Shown: one piece after another, positions 17,534 through 27,185 of the stretch | Numbering within the stretch: position 1 is the first letter of the stretch | How the letters are laid out: the number at the start of each line of letters is the position of its first letter | Virus record (IMG/VR): IMGVR_UViG_3300049169_000021 | Span: 1 to 64,000 of that record | Length of the DNA stretch: 64,000 nt | Source: a virus | Reading direction: 5' to 3' (one strand) | Notes under the pieces: generated by a model | What the model saw: only the letters and a program-made list of their open reading frames with translations | What the model was told of the DNA's origin: nothing | Databases searched by the model: none | Position numbers and translations under genes: made by a program

Positions 17534-20500
17534 TTACAGGGCGACCGGGGCGGGGTGGGCTGCGCGTACCTCGGCCCCCGCGGGGTGGGCCTTGGTGACG
17601 TTGTTGATCGACCGCAGGACGGTCATCCGCTGCGGCGTGACGAGACGCAGGTTGTCGAACCGCAGCTGCGGGCTGACGGCGGTGCTGCCCGTGTTGGCGA
17701 AGCTGCGGGTGCCGAGGTTGTCGGCGGCGGTCAGGTCGGAGTCGGTGGCCTCCATGTGCCACACGCTCGGCTCTGTGCTGGAGGCCAGCCACACCTTGGC
17801 CGCCAGCGAGCTGCCCTGCACCCGGAACCGGACCCGGTAGAACGTTCCGGCGAGGTGGGTGAACGGGCTGGTGTAGGTCGTCGCCAGCTGGGACTCGGCG
17901 CCCAGCCGCTTCCGTAGGGTGAGCAGGATGGTGGCCGCCGTGGTGAACTCCAGCCTCGCCATGTACCAGCTGGTGTTGCCGGTGGCGCGGACGATCGGGC
18001 CCGCGAACAGCGACGCTCCCGACGCCAGCACCGACGTGGCGACGTCGACGTACAGGTCGACGTCCGGGCCGGGCGCCGCAACCTGGGTGATGTGCGCGAT
18101 GCCCGTCGTCGGCTGGGCGACCTGCCCGTATCCGGAGCCGACGCTGAAGTCGGCGGTGTTCCCGACGAGGGACCACGTCTGCCCGGTGTCCGCCGCCCCC
18201 CAGGCGCCCGCGACGGTCCGCCCGAACGTGTCGAGGACGGCGGGGGTGTTGGCGGTGGCGCGGACGACTTCGCCGCCCAGGCGCAGGTCGAGGGGGAAGC
18301 CGCGCGCGTACTCGCCTGTGGCGCCGCTGCCGAGGAACACCACGGCGGCGAGCAGCACATGCGAGGCGGGCGGGGTGGCGCCGAGGGTGGGCAACACCCG
18401 GGCGGTCGCCGCACCCACCGGGGCGGTGAAGCCGCCCGTGTACTTCGTCCACTCGTTCGCCACGACCGTGTGGTTGATGTTGCTGGTGGACAGGTAGGTG
18501 CCGCCCGCGTCGTACCAGTTGACGTTCAGATCCACGCCCCGGGCCACGTTGCAGCGCAGCCACCCATACGGGTGGTAGGTGGTTCCCGCGACGACCGGCA
18601 CCGCCCCGGACGAGGCATAGGCCAGGGTCGCGATCCCGTTGGGGGTGATCTGCATGCACCACTGGCCGCCGAACGGCGCGGGCCGCGGCGTGGGCACCCG
18701 CGCGAGCGTCGAGCCGGTGGCCGTCCACCCGGACAGGTCCGTCTCGAAGTCGGGGTTGGTGCTGAGCCGGTCCAGCGACGTGATCCACGGGCGGGGCGCC
18801 TGCGGGCTCGACAGCGGTGTGTGCACCAGCAGCTGGGTGTCGGCAGCCCCGGCGGCCACGGTGAGGGCGGAGCGGCCCGGGCTGGTGTCCACGCGGCCGC
18901 GCTCGCCGTCGCCCACGCGCGCGACCTGCCACGGCTGGCCCGGGCTGCAGTTGAACGTGACCTCCCAGCGCTGCAGGCCGGCCTCGTGGCGGATGCCTTC
19001 GACCATCAGGTCGACGTCGCCGAAGCCGACGAATTTGGGCAGGCCGGTGATGCGGATCAGGTCGCCCTCGCGCAGCGCCAGGACGGCCGGGATCAGGTTC
19101 GGTGCCTTGTGCAGCAGGACCTTGACCTGCGGGTAGCGGGGCCCGTCGAAGGTGCCCAGGTTCAGGCGCCAGTAGGCGATCGGCTCGGTCTGGTCGTCGT
19201 GGTGCAGGGACAGAGTCACGCTGTCGTCGTAGAGGCCGATCCCGTCGGGCGGGTCCTGCACCGACAGCGGGCCTTCCTCGAGGAACGCCCGCCCCTCGCT
19301 GCCGCCGTCGCGGTGGACGGTGCGGTCGTTGCGGGTGGCGGTGTCGTCGTCGACGGGATCCAAAGGTGTGGCCAGGGCCGTCGGGGCGCTGTAGGCCAGG
19401 GTCAGCCCCGGTTCCTGGCTGTACATGCTGGAGCGCTCCCGGTACACCAGCCCGGGCCGGGTCTGGTCTTCCAGGAGCAGGCCGCCGTCGGCGTCCGCGG
19501 CGGCCTGCAGCAGCGTCAGCAGCGTGTCCGGGGTCTGCGCGCCGACCAGCTCCGGCGTCTCGGGGCCGGGGATGCGGGCAAGCGGCAGGTTCTCCTCGGA
19601 GGCCAGGCGCCGCAGCCGCTCCCACGCGGTCTCCCCGGTCCAGGCGTCGATGGCCCGGTCATAGGCGGCGGTGTCGGCGGTCGGCCACACCGAGATGTGC
19701 CCGATGGCCATGCCGTTGAGGTCGGCGGAGAACCCGTTGGGGGGCGAGGCGACGGCGGTCGGCCGGCCTACGGTGCCCGCGACCGAGGCGTTGAAGCTGC
19801 CGGCGTCGCCGCCGACATCGGTCCACACGATCGACCAGTCGATGTTCCCGCCGTTCTGCGTGACGGCGAACTTCACCCGCACCCACTGCCCGAACAGGTC
19901 CAGGCCGGTGGCGATGCCCTGGCTGACCAGCGTGGTGCCGTCGGCGTCGCGGCCCAGGATGGTCGAGCCGTCCGTGCCCGACTGGATGTACCACTCGGCG
20001 ATCGTGCCGGTGGCCAGGATCCGCATGAACGTGCGCCGGACCGCGGGGCCGGTGTCGATGCGGTACACCCACTGCACATGCCAGGCGGTCAGCGCGGCGC
20101 CGGGGGCCGGGACGCGGCCCGACATCAGCGACGGTGACCCGGTGGCGGGCTGGATGACGGGCAGCGGCCCGGAACTGGCCAGCGAATCGGCTTCCGCCCA
20201 GGCCGCCGAGGACAGCGAGAGCGCAGCGACGCCAGCGACGGGACTCGACGCCTGAGTGGCGGACTTGCCTTCCTCCATCGGCCAGTACGCGAGCGGATCG
20301 AAGCTCGGGATGCGGCGGCGCAGGGTGGACTGCAGGGCCTTCTTGCCCTGCCCCATGCGGCGCAGGATGCCGGCGCCCTCGATGGACACCCACGCGTCCG
20401 AGCTGTCGGGGCGCCAGCTCTGCGGCCACTCGGGCACCTCGACGACGATGAGGTCCTCGCGGTCACGGATGGCGGCCGTCCCGGACAGCGTCCAGGTGAG

Positions 20501-21340
20501 TCCCGCACCGTCCACGAACGAGGTAGTGCCCGCCGTCTGGGCGGAGAAGTCCGGGCTCGCGACGACTACGCCGTCGATGCCGTTGCGGACCTCGGCCTTG
20601 TCCACGCGGCCGGCCATGGCGATGCGGGGCGGCGTGGAGTCCGTCTGGCTGGGGGCGATGGTCAGCGGGGCGGTGCTGACGAAGATGCCCCCGGTGAGCG
20701 GGCTGGTGATCGTGACGACGTCGCCGAACTGGGTCCACGGACCGGCCAGGCTCTGGGCCCAGTAGAAGCGGACGAACTCGCCGCCCTGCAGGGTGGCGCG
20801 CACGGCGGCCCGGCGGGGCAGCACGGGCAGCGTCCAGAACGGGGCAGGCCCGACGATGCCGTCGCGCCCGAGGTGCATGACGAGAGTGCCGTTGTCCAGG
20901 CGCAGGTGGTACGAGCGCTGTCCAGCGTCGCCCCACTTGCCGATGAGGACGTGCGTGCCGGGCCCGTACCAGTTGGGCTCGCCCTCCCAGCGCAGGTCAA
21001 GGTCGCCGGTGATGTCCAGCGCGGCCGTGTCCGGGGTGGAGGCGTTGTTGGCTGCGTTGCCGTCCAGTTCCAGGTAGGAGACGGTGCCGGGCACGGACAG
21101 CCGGCCACGGGAGTTGCGGCCGATCAGCCCGAACAGATCCGACTCGGGGTTACGGGGGCTGAAGCGGCCGTCACGGTTGTTGATCGTGATCTGCAGGCTG
21201 CCCGGGTCGGTCTGCGATCCCATGTCCGGGCGGCCGTGCTCGACGACGATGTTGCCGCGCTCATAGGTCGGCACGGGGATCCACACCCCGCCGGCGAGCA
21301 GCTCGAAACGGGCGTCCAGCGGGGTGTCAGGGAACGCCAC
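17534..21340 (-). CDS. Large minor tail / receptor-binding protein with LamG-like and CBM-like modules
   Basis: 1268 aa after tape measure; PLAYWPMEEG; NPDFETDLSGW CBM-like segment. Confidence 0.85.
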   Translation of the reverse strand: MAFPDTPLDARFELLAGGVWIPVPTYERGNIVVEHGRPDMGSQTDPGSLQITINNRDGRFSPRNPESDLFGLIGRNSRGRLSVPGTVSYLELDGNAANNASTPDTAALDITGDLDLRWEGEPNWYGPGTHVLIGKWGDAGQRSYHLRLDNGTLVMHLGRDGIVGPAPFWTLPVLPRRAAVRATLQGGEFVRFYWAQSLAGPWTQFGDVVTITSPLTGGIFVSTAPLTIAPSQTDSTPPRIAMAGRVDKAEVRNGIDGVVVASPDFSAQTAGTTSFVDGAGLTWTLSGTAAIRDREDLIVVEVPEWPQSWRPDSSDAWVSIEGAGILRRMGQGKKALQSTLRRRIPSFDPLAYWPMEEGKSATQASSPVAGVAALSLSSAAWAEADSLASSGPLPVIQPATGSPSLMSGRVPAPGAALTAWHVQWVYRIDTGPAVRRTFMRILATGTIAEWYIQSGTDGSTILGRDADGTTLVSQGIATGLDLFGQWVRVKFAVTQNGGNIDWSIVWTDVGGDAGSFNASVAGTVGRPTAVASPPNGFSADLNGMAIGHISVWPTADTAAYDRAIDAWTGETAWERLRRLASEENLPLARIPGPETPELVGAQTPDTLLTLLQAAADADGGLLLEDQTRPGLVYRERSSMYSQEPGLTLAYSAPTALATPLDPVDDDTATRNDRTVHRDGGSEGRAFLEEGPLSVQDPPDGIGLYDDSVTLSLHHDDQTEPIAYWRLNLGTFDGPRYPQVKVLLHKAPNLIPAVLALREGDLIRITGLPKFVGFGDVDLMVEGIRHEAGLQRWEVTFNCSPGQPWQVARVGDGERGRVDTSPGRSALTVAAGAADTQLLVHTPLSSPQAPRPWITSLDRLSTNPDFETDLSGWTATGSTLARVPTPRPAPFGGQWCMQITPNGIATLAYASSGAVPVVAGTTYHPYGWLRCNVARGVDLNVNWYDAGGTYLSTSNINHTVVANEWTKYTGGFTAPVGAATARVLPTLGATPPASHVLLAAVVFLGSGATGEYARGFPLDLRLGGEVVRATANTPAVLDTFGRTVAGAWGAADTGQTWSLVGNTADFSVGSGYGQVAQPTTGIAHITQVAAPGPDVDLYVDVATSVLASGASLFAGPIVRATGNTSWYMARLEFTTAATILLTLRKRLGAESQLATTYTSPFTHLAGTFYRVRFRVQGSSLAAKVWLASSTEPSVWHMEATDSDLTAADNLGTRSFANTGSTAVSPQLRFDNLRLVTPQRMTVLRSINNVTKAHPAGAEVRAAHPAPVAL

Positions 21341-21351
21341 CAGGGGCCTCC

Positions 21352-23496
21352 TTACTTGGTGCCGAAGGTGTCATCGGTGTCGCCGCCGCGGCCGTTGGTC
21401 TGCACGATGCGGCGGATGAGGCGCTTCATGTCCGCTGGCCCTGCCAGCTCGATGCGCAGCCCGGTCGCCTGGGTGGCGAGCTGGGTGCGGCGGCCGCGGT
21501 TGACGGCGCCCAGGCCGGGCACGTCGACCAGGCCATCGAGGGCGGACTGCACGCCCGGGGCGCCGTCGAGGATCCCCTGCCCGAAGGCGTCGGCGATCGC
21601 GCGGCCGGAGTACAGGGTGTAGCCCTTCCCGGAGAACGGGCCTTCCTTCGCGGGGGAGAACGGGAAGAAGTCTCTGGCTGCGGAGACGACGGAGGACGCG
21701 GCGGATTTGACGGAGCCGAGCATGTTCTTGATGCCGTTGACGAAGCCCCGGATGAGGGCGCGGCCCGCCCCGTACAGCAGGCTGCCGAGGTTGCCGATGG
21801 CGCGCGAGATCCTCCCCGGCAGGCCTTGCACCCAGGAGACGAGGGCGATCGCCCGCGTGACGGCCGCGTTACGGAAGGCCTGGAACGCCGAGGTGGCCCG
21901 CTGCCGGACGACGCCGAGCAGCCCGGACAGGGCCTTTCCGACGCGGCCCGGCAGACCGGCCAGCCACAGGGTCATTTCGACGAACTTGCGGATGGCCCAG
22001 TCCTTGGCCTGCCCGAACCAGTCGGCGATCTTGCCGGGGATCGCGGCGAGGCGCTGGAGGATGCCGAGGGCGCCGGTGACGAAGCCGCGCAGGAACTCGG
22101 TGATCCACGACCACACCTTGAGCGTGGCGGCCTTGATCTCGTCCCAGTAGATGATGATCAGCGCCACCAGGGCGATGACGGCGGCGATGATCCAGCCGAT
22201 CGGGCCCATCGCGATCAGCCACTGCGCGGCCATCGTCGCCGCCCAGATGATCGCCCGTGCGGCCATCATCGCGAACCGCGCGACGGTCACGGCGGCGACC
22301 CGGATCATCGTGGCCAGCCACGTGGCGGTCGCACGCGCGGCCGCGGCCGCCCACGCCCCCGCGGTACGCGCGGCCGTGACGGTCGCCGACGCGGCGATCC
22401 GCAGCCCCGACTTGATGCTCGTCGCCGCGGTGGTCACCCACCGCCGGGCCATCCGCCCGAGGCGGGAGTTGATCAGGGCACTCGCGGTGTCGACCGCCGA
22501 GGACGCGGCACGGAAGGCCTTGAACGCGACGACCGCGCCGAGGATCGCGAACGCCAGCGCCTGCACCACCCCGGGCGGCAGGGCGTTGATCAGCTCGGCG
22601 AGGTGCAGGGCGATGGTGGCCGTGACCCCGATCAGCGGCGCCAGGGCGACAACCAGCTTCAACGCGGTTGTGGCCAGCGTGCCGAGGACCTGGCCGCCCT
22701 GGCGGGCGAGGGCGATGAACTCGGCGAAGCCCTCGCTGTTACTGAGGCCCTGACCCCACTTGGCGAACGCCGCCGTCGACTCCTCGAACCCGCCGGACAT
22801 CGTCGTCGACAGCGGCAGGAACGCCTTGATCACACCGCCGATCCCGACCGCGATGTTCTTCAGCCCGAACAGGAGGCTCTTGAGGTTCTGCCCGGCGACC
22901 TTCGCCATGGAGTCGGCGAACGCCTGCAGCCCCTTGCCCTTCGTGCTGCGGTCGATCTCGTCGACGAACTCCCCGAACGCCTTTGCGCCTTCCTTGACGA
23001 ACGGGGTCAGCATGGGCAGCAGCCGCCGCACGACCTGCAGGCCCTTGGTAAAGACCGGCATCGTGGTGTCGGACAGGCTGTCGGACCACTCGCTGTAGTC
23101 CTTCTTCAGCCCGACGAACTCCTTCGCCATCGCCTGCGTGCTCTTGGGCAGCTGGGCCAGGGCGTCGTTGTAGGCCTGCTGCTTCTCCGCTGCGTCCTCG
23201 GCGCCGGCCGCGGCCGCCTTCTCCGCCTCCTCGGCGAGGGTGGCGACCTCGGCGACGTCCTGCATCTGCGGGCCGACCGCCAGCTGGAACGCTTTCGCCG
23301 CCACGCCCGCCGAGGCGAACGCGGCCGCCATTCCGCCCACACCGGCCGTCACCGCGGCGGCGGCCGGCGCGCCGACGCCGAGCCCGGCGACGGCCTTGCC
23401 GAGGCCGCCCAGGATGCCCTTGGCGCGGTCGGCGCCCTCGCGCAGGGCGTCGGTGTCGATGCCCAGGCGCACCGTCATGGAGGCGAGCGTGGCCAC
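21352..23496 (-). CDS. Tape measure protein
   Basis: Ala-rich helical, GPIGWIIAAVIAL, FFPFSPAKEGP; follows the tail chaperones. Confidence 0.9.
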   Translation of the reverse strand: MATLASMTVRLGIDTDALREGADRAKGILGGLGKAVAGLGVGAPAAAAVTAGVGGMAAAFASAGVAAKAFQLAVGPQMQDVAEVATLAEEAEKAAAAGAEDAAEKQQAYNDALAQLPKSTQAMAKEFVGLKKDYSEWSDSLSDTTMPVFTKGLQVVRRLLPMLTPFVKEGAKAFGEFVDEIDRSTKGKGLQAFADSMAKVAGQNLKSLLFGLKNIAVGIGGVIKAFLPLSTTMSGGFEESTAAFAKWGQGLSNSEGFAEFIALARQGGQVLGTLATTALKLVVALAPLIGVTATIALHLAELINALPPGVVQALAFAILGAVVAFKAFRAASSAVDTASALINSRLGRMARRWVTTAATSIKSGLRIAASATVTAARTAGAWAAAAARATATWLATMIRVAAVTVARFAMMAARAIIWAATMAAQWLIAMGPIGWIIAAVIALVALIIIYWDEIKAATLKVWSWITEFLRGFVTGALGILQRLAAIPGKIADWFGQAKDWAIRKFVEMTLWLAGLPGRVGKALSGLLGVVRQRATSAFQAFRNAAVTRAIALVSWVQGLPGRISRAIGNLGSLLYGAGRALIRGFVNGIKNMLGSVKSAASSVVSAARDFFPFSPAKEGPFSGKGYTLYSGRAIADAFGQGILDGAPGVQSALDGLVDVPGLGAVNRGRRTQLATQATGLRIELAGPADMKRLIRRIVQTNGRGGDTDDTFGTK

Positions 23497-23532
23497 AGGC
23501 CATCACCCCCTTTCAGACGGGACGCCAGTCCC

Positions 23533-23889
23533 CTATGGAGTTGTGGTGTTGAAGCCGCCGCCGAGGGCGGCGTTCGCCATCTGCGCCTGCCGGAACAGTT
23601 CTTCCGGGGTCTTGCGGACCTTGGCCCGGTCCCAGCGCGGCATGAAGTCGGCCACTGTCGGGGCGCGTTGGCCCTTGCCGCGGTTCGCCGCGGCGATCAC
23701 GGAGGCGATCAGCGCGGCCTGGACGTCGCCGCGCGCACCGCCCAGGGGGCCGGTGAGCTTCTCGTATGCCTGCCACTCAGTGAGCTCGGCGGAGCCCATG
23801 TCGGCGAGCATGTGACGCACTGAACGGGCGCCGAGGTGCGCGGCCAGGCGGTAGTAGAACTGCCGCTCTGGCCGCGCTCTCAGTTTCCC
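23533..23889 (-). CDS. Tail assembly chaperone, -1 frameshift extension
   Basis: RPERQFYYRLAAHLG...ELTEWQAYE in the -1 frame after GGGAAAC. Confidence 0.8.
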   Translation of the reverse strand, partial: GKLRARPERQFYYRLAAHLGARSVRHMLADMGSAELTEWQAYEKLTGPLGGARGDVQAALIASVIAAANRGKGQRAPTVADFMPRWDRAKVRKTPEELFRQAQMANAALGGGFNTTTP

Positions 23890-24245
23890 GTCAGCTCCTT
23901 GACGTCCTCCTCGGACATCTTCGACAGGCGCATGGCGGCATCGCACACCCGCTGCAGCGCGCGGGCGGACTTCTCGCCCAGCCGCTTGACCTCGGCGACG
24001 GACCGGAACAGCTTGTTGCCGTCGGCGTCCACGATCGACGCGGCGGCCAGCCGGGCACGGAATCCCTCCAGGCCCTCGGCCCGCACGCTGGCGCCGTCCT
24101 TGCCGACGAACGCCGACTCGAACTTGTCCCGCTCGGTGCCGGGCAGTTCCCGCACCCGCACCGTGCCGCCCCACTCGGGCACGGGGACGTCCTCGTAGCC
24201 GAGGTCGTCGGCGCCCAGGATCTGCTCTGCGGACAGGTACGTCAC
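23880..24245 (-). CDS. Tail assembly chaperone
   Basis: VPVPEWGGTVRVREL...; ends TGN at the slippery site. Confidence 0.85.
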   Translation of the reverse strand: MTYLSAEQILGADDLGYEDVPVPEWGGTVRVRELPGTERDKFESAFVGKDGASVRAEGLEGFRARLAAASIVDADGNKLFRSVAEVKRLGEKSARALQRVCDAAMRLSKMSEEDVKELTGN

Positions 24246-24246
24246 G

Positions 24247-24669
24247 TCACGCTCCCGTGGTGATGGTCGGCTTGCCGGACACCTTGAAGGTGACGGACGC
24301 AGCGAGCTTGTCGTCGTGCGGCGCCTCGGGCTCGAAGTTCGTGAGGATCGCCCCGAACGCCCAGTTGCCCAGGCTGTTGGGCCACACGACCTTGTAGTTG
24401 CGGGGGTTGGGATCGGCGAAGTCGGCGATCAGCGCATCGTGGTCACGCGGGTCGTAGTTGACCTCGATCTCCACCTCCCCGCCGTCCTTCAGACCGCCGA
24501 TGAACTCCCGCCACGCCTCCGGGGAATCGTGGGCGGTGACGTCGTAGGTCTCCCGCTCGATACCCGGCGGGGTGATGTCCGTGACGTTCGCGATCGCCGT
24601 GAAAACTTCCGTGGGGGTGGCACCGTCACCGCGCTGCAGCTGGGTGCCGAAAGCGTCCAGACCAGCCAT
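24247..24669 (-). CDS. Major tail (tube) protein
   Basis: DVTAHDS...REFIGGLKDGGEV...FKVSGKP. Confidence 0.9.
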   Translation of the reverse strand: MAGLDAFGTQLQRGDGATPTEVFTAIANVTDITPPGIERETYDVTAHDSPEAWREFIGGLKDGGEVEIEVNYDPRDHDALIADFADPNPRNYKVVWPNSLGNWAFGAILTNFEPEAPHDDKLAASVTFKVSGKPTITTGA

Positions 24670-24682
24670 GGGCCTGTCTCCT

Positions 24683-25084
24683 TTACGACTTGGTCAGCCA
24701 CACGCGATAGCTGACGTTGATGTGCCTGATGTCGGGGTCGGGGTCGCGCACCTCGGTGTGCAGCTGGTGCGCGATCGACACGTCGGTGAAGCCGGCCACC
24801 GTCAGCGGCTGCCGGTCCAGGGCGGCGTCGAGGGCGGCGAGGATCTCGGCGGCCTCCTTGAAGCCGCGGTACTTCGACCACACGTGCCACACCACGGAGG
24901 CCTCGAGGCCGCGCTGGTTGTGGGCGTCGTCGACGTTCTCGGTGATCGAGCCGAGCGAGACGTAGGGGAACGGGGCGGGATCGGGCACCTCGTCATACAC
25001 GCCGGACACGAGTGCGGTCAGCGGGGCGTGGGCGCGCGCCTTCTGCACGACAGCCACCTGCAGCGGCCACAGCGCGGCCGTCAC
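24683..25084 (-). CDS. Tail terminator (DUF3168-like)
   Basis: VYDEVP...FPYVSLG; synteny. Confidence 0.8.
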   Translation of the reverse strand: MTAALWPLQVAVVQKARAHAPLTALVSGVYDEVPDPAPFPYVSLGSITENVDDAHNQRGLEASVVWHVWSKYRGFKEAAEILAALDAALDRQPLTVAGFTDVSIAHQLHTEVRDPDPDIRHINVSYRVWLTKS

Positions 25085-25278
25085 CCCTGCCGTCCTTCTG
25101 CTGCCGGTCGGTCGTCGAGCAGGCTTTCAATCTCGGCGGCGATCATCCGCAGCAGCTCAGCCTGAGACAGCTGCATCTCTGGTGCCGAGTCCGCGGTGAT
25201 GGTGCCGACTTGCTGTTCTGCGCCGTCGCCGACGCGAATGAATACCGGCAGTGTGACGGTGGCGGCCATGTCACTCAC
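25081..25278 (-). CDS. Small hypothetical protein
   Basis: 65 aa, coupled both sides. Confidence 0.6.
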   Translation of the reverse strand: MSDMAATVTLPVFIRVGDGAEQQVGTITADSAPEMQLSQAELLRMIAAEIESLLDDRPAAEGRQG

Positions 25279-25648
25279 CCCCTCCTAGGTGCCGTCGGAA
25301 CGCGACCCGGTAGGTGCGCGTGACCTGGCGGCGGTGCTCGTTGAACGCGGGTACGAGGTAGGGCTGGTCGGGCATGCTGCTGGTGCCCTTCTCCACGTAC
25401 AGGGCGTACTCCAACTCGGCCGGATCCCACACGCCGACCTCCGCCCGCCCGTACTGCTCGTTGACGCGCTGGTCGAGGGCCTCCCAGAGGTTGCCCTTGT
25501 CGCGGGGCACCTTGTCCTCGGCGGTGTGCTGGACACTGTCTGCCCACTCGTGCAGCGTCTCCTTGCGTGCCTCGTTCATCGCCTCGGGCACCCGCTCGAT
25601 CGCGCGCAGCGCGCGCTGCAAGCCGTCCAGCCTGCTCCGCCTGGCCAC
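25271..25648 (-). CDS. HK97 gp10-like neck protein
   Basis: PRDKGNL...YALYVEKGTSSMPDQPYLVPA. Confidence 0.85.
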   Translation of the reverse strand: MARRSRLDGLQRALRAIERVPEAMNEARKETLHEWADSVQHTAEDKVPRDKGNLWEALDQRVNEQYGRAEVGVWDPAELEYALYVEKGTSSMPDQPYLVPAFNEHRRQVTRTYRVAFRRHLGGGE

Positions 25649-25651
25649 GGG

Positions 25652-25978
25652 TCAGGGCAGCTGCAGGACGGCGACGGTGACCGAAGTGACCGCGCTGTAG
25701 GTGATGCTGGCGCGGCCGGTCGCCGGGTCCCGGAACACAGACTTCAGCGGGATGAACGCCGCCCCGGAGGCGGGGATCACCTGTGATGCGTCGGCCACTG
25801 CCAGGTCGCCGACCGTGCCCGGGGTCGCGATTGTGACCGTCTTGGAGGCGGCGTCGCCGTTGCGGACGTGCAGCACCAGCTTCTCCCCGATCGGGGCTTG
25901 GTCGCCGCCGCCGGCAGCGTTGTCGTAGGTGGGCTGCAGCCCCGACAGGGGCAGCGCCTGTGCGGACAGGATGGCCAT
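25652..25978 (-). CDS. Structural hypothetical protein
   Basis: 108 aa, beta-rich, in the neck region. Confidence 0.75.
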   Translation of the reverse strand: MAILSAQALPLSGLQPTYDNAAGGGDQAPIGEKLVLHVRNGDAASKTVTIATPGTVGDLAVADASQVIPASGAAFIPLKSVFRDPATGRASITYSAVTSVTVAVLQLP

Positions 25979-25987
25979 GGTGATCTC

Positions 25988-26326
25988 CTAGGTGCCGTTG
26001 AGGAGTTGGCGGGTGGTGCAGTCCGCCCGCAGGTAGGTGCCGGGCTCTGACGGCTCGAAGGTGGCGATGACCTCCAGCACCCGCCCGGGCGGCCGCAGTT
26101 CGTCGCCGCGCCGCACGTCCGTGCCGGGGTCGAAGTACCAGGTCTCATCCAGCTGGGCGCCCGCCTGGTCGGCGGCCTGCCGCTCCCGCGCCCTCGGCTG
26201 CGAGCGGCGGGCGCGCGGGGTGGCGATGTGCACCCAGGTGGTTTCCTGGCCGCCCCCGCCGTCGTCGACCGTGCTCGCCCGCCACACGGGCACGGTCGTG
26301 TTCAAGCGGTGCGAGACACGGCTCAC
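25988..26326 (-). CDS. Head-tail adaptor / head closure protein
   Basis: DDGGGGQETTW...DVRRGDEL. Confidence 0.8.
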   Translation of the reverse strand: MSRVSHRLNTTVPVWRASTVDDGGGGQETTWVHIATPRARRSQPRARERQAADQAGAQLDETWYFDPGTDVRRGDELRPPGRVLEVIATFEPSEPGTYLRADCTTRQLLNGT

Positions 26327-26339
26327 AGGGCCACCCCCT

Positions 26340-26912
26340 TTACCGGCTCTCGGGACCGCGGGCGTAGTCCTGCAGCAGGCCCATCTCGTAGTCCGTCAGC
26401 GCGTCCCCGGCGCGGGCCTTGTCCCACGTACCGGACCAGTCCCCGATCGACTCCGACGCCAGGCCCTGGGGATTGACCCAGGCCCGCCCGGCGAGCTGCA
26501 CACACACCTGCTTCACCGCGGCTGGCACCACGGTGTAGCCGTGGCTGTTGACGACGGCGACCTCGGCATCGAGAGGCCAGCAGGCGGCCAGCCGTCCCCG
26601 CCACGTCGGCTCGCCGAGGCGGGTGAGGATGCCGTACCGGTTCCACCGGTAGTCGCTGCCCTCGGTGAGCAGCTCGCCGTCCTGGTGGACGGAGGCGACT
26701 GCGGTGACGGGCATCTCGGGCAGGTTCAGCACACGCCGCCCGTTGCCGACCAGCACGGTGGTGTCGTCGGCAACGGCGTCGATGGTCTGCTGCAGGGCTG
26801 CGCGGATGATGGTCTCGGCGGCGGCGATCGCCACGGCAGCCTGCGCGGCGTCGATGCTGTCGAGCCGGAGGTGCAGCCGCAGGTCCTCCGGCGTGGCCCA
26901 GGGTGACGCCAC
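26340..26912 (-). CDS. Head-tail connector protein
   Basis: WATPEDLR...HGYTVVPAAVK...SESIGDWS. Confidence 0.8.
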   Translation of the reverse strand: MASPWATPEDLRLHLRLDSIDAAQAAVAIAAAETIIRAALQQTIDAVADDTTVLVGNGRRVLNLPEMPVTAVASVHQDGELLTEGSDYRWNRYGILTRLGEPTWRGRLAACWPLDAEVAVVNSHGYTVVPAAVKQVCVQLAGRAWVNPQGLASESIGDWSGTWDKARAGDALTDYEMGLLQDYARGPESR

Positions 26913-26924
26913 GGCTCACCTCCC

Positions 26925-27185
26925 TCACTCGCTGCCGTCGGAGCCCGCTTCACCCGACGGCGCGGGACCGCCGTCGTCGGGCTCCTTGGGCTTCGGGGCG
27001 GCGGTGCGCGGCGCCGGGCGGGTGGCGGTGCGCTTGGCCGCGGCCTTGCCCGACGTGCTGCGGGCATGGCCCGCAGCGACCCACGCGCGGGCCAGATCCT
27101 CGTCGATGTCGACGATCTGGCCCGTGCGGTAGCGGTTGCCCGCCCCGTCCGAGACGGACGGAACGGCGAGGATCTCGATACGCAT
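26925..27185 (-). CDS. Small capsid-associated protein
   Basis: Follows the capsid gene, coupled. Confidence 0.7.
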   Translation of the reverse strand: MRIEILAVPSVSDGAGNRYRTGQIVDIDEDLARAWVAAGHARSTSGKAAAKRTATRPAPRTAAPKPKEPDDGGPAPSGEAGSDGSE

